64,000 bases of DNA from Paraspadella gotoi. Lineage: Eukaryota > Animalia > Chaetognatha. The translations under genes were made by a program, and so were the position numbers. The notes below the pieces were generated by a model. That model did not search any database. It worked only from the letters and a program-made list of their open reading frames with translations, and was not told the origin of the DNA. Below are positions 1 to 11,461 of this stretch, one piece after another. The stretch lies in the NCBI GenBank assembly GCA_051294375.1, contig CM119271.1:6065991-6129990 (forward strand). The letters are read 5' to 3'. Each line of letters begins with the position of its first letter. Positions within the stretch are counted from its first letter, which is position 1.

Positions 1-71
1 AACATTCAGATACCGAAGATCGATTTCAACTACTAATAATCCACGCCTTACCCCAATTCCCTCCCACTCAC

Positions 72-2734
72 TCACCCTTTCAACGCGACCACGCATTCGC
101 AGACTTTCTCCACGGCCTTGGGCGGCTTCGCGAAACTCCGGATCTCCGTGATGTCGGACTTTTCGAGATTGTCCAGCGCCCGCGCCGCCTCCTCCAGCGC
201 CGGAAGCGCCTCCGCCAGTGCCTCCTCCGCGTCCGCCTGACAAGAGACTCGAATGATCGAAAGACGACGACGATCACAACGGAACACTTCCCCTTCGCCC
301 CATCCCTCTCTCTCACCTTCTCGACGTTGATCTCCCTGGAAAAGACGATGATCTCTCTCTCCTTTTGATTCGCGGCCGCCTTCTTCTCCGTGGCTATTTT
401 GGTCCCCGCCACGATCTCGCCCAGCAGCAGTTCGCAAGCCTTCGATTTTTCTGACCGAGACAAACGTCGTTGTCATTCTTATCAATAAATGTTTAGTACT
501 TTTTTTTTTATCACTAAGATTTTTCGAAGATTTTTTACGTATATCGTACATATATATATATCGTTTACAAGATTCTAAATGATTTCAATAAAGATGAGTA
601 ATGCTCTCCAGCATGGTTGAAAACAAAAAGATGTGGCACAGCTTAAAGCTGCTCAGCTGGCTGTCCGTCCCTCAGGCCCTCGTCTCAATGGTGAGCAGGC
701 TAAATCTATTATATCCGATCCTGCGTTGCGTCGGTTAAATCCCTGGGTATTCGCGTTCTGGCTTAAATGTGACGGTGCGGTATGGAAATGCAGTGACAGG
801 AGCGGTGCAGGTAGGGTCCGCAGCCCTACGCCAGTGGTGAGATACGGCCTGGCCCACGCGGTATCACAGGCTATCCTCCCGTTGCCCATAATATAATATA
901 TATATATCGTTTACAAGATTCTAAATGATTTCAATAAAAGATGAGTAATCTCTACCAGATGGTTGGAAAACAAAGAGTGTGGCAGCAAGACTAAAGCTGC
1001 CTCACTGCTGTCCGTCCTCAGCTCGTCTCAATGCGTAGCAGGCCTAAATCATCTCATTCCATCCGTGCGTCCCGGGTTCAATCCCTGGTATCCCGGTTTC
1101 TGGCTTAAATGTGACGGTGCCGGTATAAACATGCCAGTGACAGGAGGCGGTTCACTGAGGGTCCGCAGCCCCTACGCCAGTTGGTGAGATACCCCGCGCC
1201 CCGGTATCACAGGCTATCCTCCGTTGCCATAATATTATATATATATATCGTTTACCAGATTCTAAATGATTTCAATAATAAGACGAGTAATCTCTACCAG
1301 ATGGTTGGAAAACAAAAGAGTGTGGCAGCAAGACTTAAAGCTGCCTACTGCTGTCCGTCCTCAGCCTCGTCTCAATGGCTGAGCAGGCTAAATCATCTCA
1401 TTCCATCCGTGCGTCCGGGTTCAATCCCCGGGTATCCCGTGTTCTGGCTTAAATGTGACGGTGCCGGTAATAAACATGCCAGTGACAGGAGGCGGTCACT
1501 GAGGGTCCGCAGCCCCTACGCCAGTTTGTAGATACCGCGCCCCGGGTATCACAGGCTATCCTCCCGTTCCATAAATATGATATATATATATATCGTTACA
1601 AATTCTAATGATTTTCAATAAAAGACGAGTAATCTCTACCAGATTGGTTGGAAGACAAAAGAGTGTGCAGCAAGACTTAAAGCTGTCCTCACTGCGTCCG
1701 TCCCAGCCTTCGTGCTCAATGGGTTGCTGGCTTCAGCAGCGCTCATATCATCTCATTCCGATTTCCGTGCGCGTCTCCGGGTTCATCCCGCGGGCTATCC
1801 CGGGTTCTCGGCTTAAATGTGACGGTTGCCGGGTCTACAAACATGCCAGTGACAGGAGGCGGTCACTGACGGTCCCGCAGCCCCTACGCCGAGTTGGTTG
1901 TATATTATCTTTCCCTGCCTTCTGGGTATCTACAGGCTAGTCCTCTTGTTGTTGCCATAAATTATATTATATATATCGTTTACATAGATTTCTAAATTGA
2001 TTTCAAGTAAAAACGACGAAGTAATCTCTACCAGATGGTTGGGAAAAACAAAAAGAGCATTCTTATGAGTAGTAGTTTCGATAAAATTATGCCTTTTGTT
2101 TAAACTTTCCCACCGGCGACGGCTTTCTTCTGAATGACCAGTAATTTGTTCAACTCTTCAAGCTGTATGCTCGCTTCGGCCAGTTTCTCCATGCCACCCA
2201 TGAGCCGTTGGCACTAGAACAAACAACATTTTTGTTTGTGCTCATTCTTTTATTCTCTTTTCTGCGACGCATTCTCATTGGAACCTGTCCCAAGATGTAT
2301 TTGTCTTTATCCTCCAGCAATCTGGTGTAGGTATTGATGTAGTCGAGGTAGTTTTTGGGCGTGACGTAGTTGAAGCGTCTGAGCTTTTGAGCAAACGTGG
2401 CCGAGTAATCTCCCACGGAGTTGTGGGTGTTGACGATGTGATCGATGACTGCCTCTCGGTGCTCAGTGGGGATCAGTTTGTTCTGAATGGCCAACAGTTT
2501 TTGATTAAGTATGACAACCTGGAGGGAGCTCTTTTGATAAAATAAGGAAGGATTGATGCACGAATGGTGTAACAAATACAAATAAACTACCTCGGGAGAG
2601 ATAAACCTTGACGCTACAGCTAACAAAGCTTGTTGAGGCCAAGCAGAGAACCAATCAATAATGCAGTTGTTAACCAAACCTACGGATTAAAAGTAATTTT
2701 TTTTTTTTCGTTTAATTTCTGCCATAAAATTCTA

Positions 2735-2822
<88 letters not shown>

Positions 2823-5800
2823 GAAAGGCTCTGCATCTGTTTCTCAGCGTATCTCCAACCGGGGACATGGCGACGACTACATGAAGATTATTGAAGCACT
2901 TGTCGACGAAGTATGTCCAAATTGATTCTTTGGTGTGGTAACCAGCCTTGGCGGCTTCGTTACGTAACTGTCACGAAGGCGTGACAGTTGAAAAAAGTTT
3001 TAAAAAAGTTGAAGACAGATCGAATCGCCAATCGAATAACGTTCGATCGAATATTGATGTCTGTTAGTTGAATACTCGATAGGAATTTATATTGTTACAG
3101 TGTTAATTTTAATAATTTCATCAATGAATTTATCAAACAATCAATGACCAATTGACCATGTTCCCCACCTGTCCAATGATTCCCTCTTTCTCGTCGTCGG
3201 CGAAAAGAGCGGGCACCATGCCGGAAGTGAGCATGTTGTTGACGAGCTCCAGAAATCCTTCCTCCATCACGTGTTGATCCCCAAAGTAAAAGACCATCTT
3301 CTTGCTTTCCATGCCCAGAGAGTTGTAGAGGATCTGAAGAGAAGAGTGTGTGTGTAGAAAAAAGGGTTTTGTGAAAAAGTTTGGCTGGAACACTCGTTTT
3401 AGTTTTGGCAAGATCGAACTGAATAAGACCCTTTTCGGTCGACCTGTCGATCACTCCGTCCATAAGTATTTAAGTAATAGAATAAAGGGAAGAAGAATAT
3501 GAAAAAAATTAAACGACACTTATCCTTCATACACTTCGTATGCACATACACACAAATTACACATATATACATACACAATACACATATACTTCATCGCAGG
3601 AAAAAAAAAACCAATAACAAAAAAAATTATTCGAATTTATTATGAGAGCCGCGACTGATTTGGAATACTGGAAAGGGAACTTTTTATTAAACTTATTTTC
3701 AAAGGAAACAAAGTTTGTTTTGTTTACAAACAATGAGTCTTATTTACGAACGGACACGTTTTCAACTCTTTTTTCAAGTGTTCTGAAGCGAAGAAGAATA
3801 TAAGCTTGCAGAAACCTGCTATGTTATTATCTTGTAAGTGTGATGGAGGCCTTGAACCACCAAAGCCTGTCTAAAGTCAGGGACAAGATAGCTTATTTAT
3901 TAAACGAATGGATAATTTTTATATCGGTTGTACCAATTTCATAAAGATGTCCGTTTGTAAATAAAACTCATTCGTAAACAAAAGCGAAACGGTTTTCTCT
4001 CTAAATCTTACGCGCAAAAGTACTCTATACCACAATAAATTATCATCCTTTTTTTCATTTCCGGTCCAACGAAATTATTCCTCGCCTTGAGATCGTCGCG
4101 AAAGTTGGCTTCTCCGTATCCTCGACTCAGCACGATCTCGAAGATCTCGCATCCGGCCGCGAAGCTGGCGAGCTTGGTCAGGGATCCCTTGCCGGAGCCT
4201 CCGACGCCGACGAGGAGCGCGTTGCCGTGCTCGAGTCGGAGAATGCGGTGGATGCGCGTCAGGTGCTCGAGAGCGTCGTCGAAAAGGACCAGGTGCATCG
4301 GCTGATTGCGCTCGTTGTACTCGTCCGCCACCTGGGGGTAAGGGAGATTAGGGTTAAATAGGGTTACTAACCCCATATGTCACTGTGGTACATTCGGCTG
4401 TTAACCGAAACGTTGGTGGTTCAAGTCCACCCTGGCACGTTATTTTTCATACGCTAGTAACATTAGGAAATATAATTAATAACATTGTTAATGAAGGACA
4501 ACAATCATTTGTTCTCCTTTTTGTCCGCTACCTCGAGTTATAGCCAGATCTCTCTCTCTCTCTTTTTTTAATTAAAACACCAGGAAAATCATCTTTAGTT
4601 TTACGCCCAGTTTTCCCTCTTCTTCTTCTCGCCCGCCACAGTTCACTCACCTCCTCGAATATCATCTTTACTGTAGCATGGTCTCCCAGGTCCTCGTAGT
4701 ATCGAGGTTCGTTCTCGTCCAAGGCGTTGCGATAATCACCGTACAGCATCGGATCCACCAGCACGAACTCTATGAGATCCTCCTTGAAGTAGGCTAGGAG
4801 CTGCTCCTTGATGATGCCCTGAAGGGATCGCACCGAATACTGCGTCGCTCTTCTTTACCGATTGAGGGTTTTTTTTGTTTTTTTTATCCACGGATCCCGT
4901 CAGATCCGGATAAAAACCAAAGACGACGACAATGACGACGATCGCAACGACGACGACGACCACAACGACAATAATCTCTCACGTCGACGAGCTCTTTGTC
5001 GGTGTCGTTGATGAGCCGATCGCAGAAAACGCGGAGGGACTCGTTGCGCCAGACGCGGACGAACGCTTCCGGTGTCTAAAAGGTGATGGAGGAGGAAAAG
5101 GAGGTGGAGGAGGAATAGGAAGATGAAGAGGAGAAAAAAGACCGAAGATATTTTTCTTCTTTCTTTCGTACTTTCTTCTTTTCTCTTTCCTTTTTCCTCT
5201 ATTTATCTTTTTCTTTCTCCCTCTTAGTCTTACTCTCTCTATATATTCCTCCTTCTTTCTTTCTTTCTTTGATTCTTTCTTTATTTCTTTCTTTCTTTCT
5301 CTTTCTTCTCCCTCTCTTTCTCTCTGTCTCTGTATCTGTCTCTCTGTCTCTGTCTTTCTGTCTCCTTTCCTCTCTCTTTTCTACCGACCTCTATCATCTT
5401 TGGCACCGTGCTGCACATCCCGTGGATGATTCTCGACAGATCGCGAAGGTTGAAAATATAATGAAACTTGGATGGCGTCGGAGGCAAATCGTTGGAAATG
5501 CGTCTGTCCGGTTTTTCACATGTAAAATAATTAATTGAATAGTTATAAAACTTATCAATGAGATGTAATAATAGTACAAGTGATATATCTGATAACCACA
5601 CATGCTCGTAATAATCCATTCTATTTTTCCAGCAATGCTTCCATTGTTTTTGATAATTATCTTAGGAAGAGAAAGATATGAAAGAAAGAGTGACACAAAA
5701 GCTTTTCAACGTCTTTATTATTATCTAAATAACACGCTACTTATTAGCTATTTGGAACCGCCCCCCATTACTTGTAGAGCTCCATGGTCATCTTGACGAG

Positions 5801-8800
5801 CTTGCTGACCGTGTCCTGAACGTCCTTGGAGAATTTGAGGCAATGACCCTCAAGGATCGAGGCGAAGATGTGAAGCAAGGCCTCGTCGGATGGGAAGGTC
5901 ATGTTGAAGACCGTGAAGAGGGAGAGAAAACGGGGATCGACCTGGGGGAGAAGATGAGAGGAAGGAAAGCGAGAGTTGGCTTAGAAACTTATGTAATTTA
6001 ACTATACTATCTAGGAAAAAAGTATATAACATTTTTAATAAAGGATATCTATTCGAAAACTTAGTTGCTTTAAAAAAAAATCAGAATATTTCCGGGACTA
6101 CATTGAATTTTTTTTTCGTAGCTTACTTTCATTTTTTTGTTTAGAAGTTACATGCCAAAAAATATTATTACTTCAAATGAAAAATGGCGAAAAAAAATCA
6201 TATTTAGTTTTCCTCCATTTTTAGTATTTAGTTATTTTTTTTTTTTTTTGAATAGAATTAGTTATTTTTTTTATTTTTTTTTTAAATTAGCAATGCTAAA
6301 GGCCTTGCACCTTTTTTTGGTTAAAAAAAAATCCTAATATACCTTTTAGAAAAGAGGGAAAGATATGCAACATCAACATCGGGTCTGAAAAGAATTGCGT
6401 TAAAGATGTGAAAAAACATTTCACTGTCATACCTCAATTTGCTGTATGAGAGCATGGCTAAACATATGTAGGCAGTAATCGATGCCGAGGAAGGGCATAC
6501 CAAATATTGAGAATGTTTCACCCATGTTTTGTATACTTTTTATTGAATAAATGAATTATGTTTTATACTTTTTTTCCTAGATAGTAGATTGATAGACTTT
6601 TAAAACTTGCCTCGTTTCTGCCGCCGCCCGCTTTCCCCATGGCACCAATCACGTCGTAGTCCTTGATTATTTTCCAATTGAGATCCTTGCCTCGGTCGTA
6701 GAGCCCGCCTGAAGAAAGGGGGGAAGCGAAAGGTTTAAAGAGGCTCAACGAAAAGTTTAACAAAGTTCAACGAATGCTTTTTTTTTTAATTGGCAGTTGA
6801 CATAATTTACTGCCGGCTTTTTTCATAATGCAACACTCGAATTAGGTATATATTTTATAAATATTAAAGACCAATAGACAACGCTTCCCACCTTTCTCGA
6901 TGAAGAGCTTCAAAAGGGCGATGGGTTGCTGGGTTCCGTAAGTGTCGACCTGCGGCATGTTCATGTCGTCGATGTAGATGATGAGACGACGACCGGGCGG
7001 AGGTCCGTAGATGTCCTTGGTTCGCTTCTCCACGTTGGCCTCGAGAGAACGTTGCACGTCCATCGAGTTGGTGCGCGAGGAGAAGTTCATGTTCAGGATG
7101 AGCTGAAAAGAAAACGACGGAAAAAAAATCAAGGAAGGTTAGTTATGAGGGATTGCGCCGAATAAGCCGTTGGATTGATCATTTGTTTTCCACAAGCCTC
7201 AATTCAAACTTCTTTTGCATAATAATAAAAAAAAGAGAAACATTATAATAACAATTTATCAATTTTAAATTATCGTAATTCTCTTGTCTCATAAGTGATC
7301 AGGTTTCTCTTTTTCTTCCACTTAGCCGGTGTCACGTTACTCGTAGTCAGACTCTCTCGGTCTTTGCTTTCAGTCGATACTCTAAAAGTTAAAAAATATT
7401 TTTAGGAAAATAGCCTGATTCGCCAAGAATCATTTTTCCAAGGTTTTTAAAATATAAGTTATTTGGGATTTTAGGAATATCGATCAAAATACTCGACGTA
7501 AGCTCTGCAGAAAAAAACAGTAAATTAATTAATTAATTAATTAACCGTGGCGTCCTGATCCAGGGTTCGCAGAAATTGTTGAATGGTCGCCGTCTTTGAC
7601 GTCCCCGTTTCACCGATCAACACGCAAGGCTTTTTGATGCTCAGCATGAGCTTCAAGAGCCACTGGCATCGCTCCGTGTCCGCCGTCGGCACGAGGATCT
7701 CGTGAAATTTCTTGCTCGGGTCGTGCACATATCTTGAACGGGACGACGCGGTGGGAAAATGAACAAAGATAGCATTTGTAGCCGTCGAACCCCTTAATCT
7801 TTTATCTCCCTCCCTCTCACTTCGGCAAAAGGTTGTGACGCAATTTCCATTTAAGTTTCACGTCGTCAAAGTGAAAATCGTAGATGGTTCGAGTTCCCGG
7901 CAAAGTCCCGCCGACGCCGTCTGACAGATGAACATCGATTTTGTGTATCTTCTCGTTATCGAGGGGTACGTGAACTATTTTCGAACCCGCGACCTACCGG
8001 GTCCGGCGAGCGTTGTTTCTTCGGCGATCAACGGCATCGCTGCCAACTTCTTCGCCAAGGAGTCGAACTTGATTTTAGACTCCTCGATGAGAGATCCCCC
8101 GAGCGACCAGTAGTAGGCTATTTGAAAAGATTTTGTTATACATTGATAGCCTTTTTATTTAAAAAAAAAAAAAGCCAAATATTCTGGTCGTCTGGGAATA
8201 TTTAATTTTAAACAAAATCGTAAATAAAAGATTGTAGAAGACCACGACATAGGGACGTGGGAGATCATTCATAGCAAATAAGTTGAAACACAGGAAAAGA
8301 GACAACAACGGGTTGAAACGGTTGTGTCACTCGAGGCTACGGCCACGACCGAAGAAAGCCGTTAAAGCCCGGGACGACAAGACCAATTACCGTCTAAGGT
8401 CAAAGGTCATGTGGCCGTTAATGGAAAAGAGAGAGAGGGCCGAGGTAGCCGGCCTCAGCTTTCTAGGTTTCGATAAGTTATTATCGTCATAGGCCACGAT
8501 GAAGGAAGGTGTGTCATCCTCCAAAACTCCGCGCCCCTTGGCGTGGAGCTAGGGGCGCCTCAAGGGGCGACCCCGGGGGCGTTTTACTTTACCTTGTAAA
8601 GAAAGCAACGACGATTATGAAGACGATGAAGAAATGAGAACTCAGGAATATCCCGATTAAATTTGAAATGTATGGAATTTTAAGAGTCATACGATTTTAA
8701 TGTTTGAGCTGCTTCAACTTTTTGGCTGACTTTTAAAAATATCTCTTACTTTGCTTCACTGTCGTACACACCTTGGACCACTTGGCATTCTAGGATTTCC

Positions 8801-9572
8801 CTGTCTGTATATTCCTTGACCAATAACGCGTCCAACATGAAACAGAACTGCATCATCTGCGCGGAGGAAAGTGATTTCGGCTTTTATCGCGCATCATTTA
8901 AAATTTAAATCAATCCGTCGATCCTTACCATATTGAGATTTGTGAGCGGGGCGATGGTCTTCAACTTGCTACTTTGTTTTCCATCCAAAACTCCCTCGTG
9001 TATGTAGAGCATCATCTCGGGAATGTATTTATCGTACATTTCGCCGAGAGCTAAAGTCGAAGTTAAAGATTATAAAATGAAGGCGCTGATTGGATTTACC
9101 CGAAGGTAAGGTTTGGGACTGACCGACTTGCTCTTCGCGGTTCTGTCGTCCGTTTAACCAACGCTTCCAGTAGGGTTCATAACCTTTATTAAGGAAAAGA
9201 ATCGCCGTCGATCAATCGAAAAACTCAAGATCGAAACTTCAGATTCTCGATCGATAATATTTCTCAGTTTTTGTTCTCTCTTTCTTGAAAGAAAAGCCCA
9301 TTCAACTTCGACAATTTTCATTCATTAACAATGACATCCGGGTCGCCCTAACACCTAAATTCTTTGGATCGACGAAGACCATTCCGCATCGTGAAACTGT
9401 CGCGGGCGAGGCATATTGCATGTCGAACACCTGAACGAATCGTGAATAATTCGTGTTTGAGATTTCTTTCTATTACATCGTTCGATTCGTGAATTTCTTT
9501 TTAATTCCCCCCAAATTCTTTTCTTTTATCATTTATGTATATATCTATTCACACAGTACTGTAGATGTCTCT

Positions 9573-9623
<51 letters not shown>

Positions 9624-10234
9624 GAGCCCACCCAGGGACGATTTTTATGTCTCAAACATCAAAACAACACCCAGGGACGATTTTTATCAAAACAAGATAG
9701 CAATCACAATGTAAATGAAAGTCGACATTCTCTCTCGTTACCACGCACCTCAAACAAAAGGGCTGCGTGCGACATCAGCCTGATTCTTTCCCCATTCGCC
9801 AGAGTTAAAAGTTTGTTGTCGTCCATGACTGAATTCATGTTTTCCACCCAGAGGGCGTCCACGTCGCCGTCGAACAGAATGTAGCGTCTCTCCTTTTTGT
9901 CTATTATTTTTTTAAACAATAACATTTTGTTTTATCAAAGAAATAAGAATATATCGATGCGGGCTTTTTTAGATTTAGACATTTCTACGGTATTCAGCGG
10001 AAATGCTTTAACAAAAGCTCACCCGTCGGCTTGTTGATGTCCCTGAAAATGTTGGAGAGGAGACCGTCGATCCAATCCCTTGTCGTTGGATCCAAGATTC
10101 CGTAGAGTTCGATCACGGAGGTGGCTTTCGGATTTATCGTGTACAGCTTGGTGATCAAACCAAGCTTGGTCTTGATTCCGTGGAAGCATAATGGATAATT
10201 GGGAGAATAGAGAAATATAAGCTCAGATGTCTCT

Positions 10235-10285
<51 letters not shown>

Positions 10286-11407
10286 GAGCCCACCCAGGGA
10301 CGTAATTTTTTTTTATGATGGACAAGATGACAAATATGAAATTTACGACAGTAATCTGTTAAGGGGAAATATCAGGCGTAAAATTGATCTTTTGTTTCTT
10401 TTCTCACCTGCGCCTGACAGAGAGTGTGAATGACTACCGACTTCCCGCCTCCCGTCGGGCCGACCACCATAGTGGTGTGTCGGGTCATCATCGTTTCGTA
10501 GCTGAGAGGAAACGGAAAGGACAAATTTTACAGGGATAGAGGTTGTTACCACGAAAGGTAATGCTGCAGAGATTGAGAAAAAAGACCCCCCAAAAAAAGA
10601 TAAAAAATAAGAGAAAGAAAATATTTTTTTTTTGGATGGGTACTTTGACATCGCCAAGGTCATCACAAGATCCTTTGGGCTGAACGACATCGGTTACTCA
10701 CAGTTGAATGACTTTGTCGATCTGATTCGACATCAGCATCATCCTCTGCTCGAGGAGGCAACTTTCGACGGCGTCGTTGAAGCTCGGGTATCGAACGCGT
10801 GGACAATCGAGGCCAGGAAAGAGATCCTACGGGTGGGGAAGAAAGTAAGGTAAGGTAAGGTAAGGTAGGATAAAACTCAAACGGATAAAAACTCTTGTTT
10901 TTGTAGAAAAAATATTCTTAAAAATCTTTTAAGCTTAATATCGATTCAACTACTTTTACTTGGGATGAAATTGAACTGAAATTGAAGGATCTAATTTCTG
11001 CGTCCTTTTTTTTTTATATTTTATTTACACATTTTAATTGTAAAATTATTATGTTTTGTTTAGTTACCAACCACCCAACTTGCCCATTGCCCAATGCCCA
11101 TTGCGCAGTCCCAAATTCCTCACCGTGATCAGCCCCAAAAAGAGCGGGACGTCCTCGAAGACAAACTTGGGTAAGTTCATGTCCCTGAGAGCGCGCATAA
11201 GGACGGTGTCCTCGGTAAGGTCGGGCGATCCTCGCTTCAAGTTGCCCGCCATCACCAGGACGGACTTGAGGGCGCGGAGACCGAAGTCGTAGTGGTGCTG
11301 CTTGGAAAGCTGCTCCCGGGAAAGCTTGTAGAGAACGGTCATTTTCTTTGCAAGTATCTGAAATATAGGGTTTTTAAGTACCAGTGAATAAATCGTTCGA
11401 CAGTGAA

Positions 11408-11461
<54 letters not shown>

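Larger units (their letters stand above)
550..2057 (+). repeat. Head-to-tail tandem array, ~4.3 units of ~345 bp, each with Pol III A/B-box-like motifs and a twister-ribozyme motif; inside a DNAH10 intron, antisense to the gene
   Basis: Anchor tcgtt(t)ac recurs at 561, 907, 1248, 1593 and 1976. Units are separated by (TA)n and differ mostly by indels. Confidence 0.93.

Noticed and set aside
633-1940. Repeated short ORFs in the tandem array (FWLKCDGAG motif)
   Set aside because: Frames shift between units, starts are non-ATG or inconsistent, and conservation follows RNA pairing rather than codons.
550-2057. CRISPR-like array
   Set aside because: Whole ~345-bp units repeat with no unique spacers, the context is a eukaryotic intron, and there are no cas genes. 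The indel-rich divergence between units may partly be long-read error.
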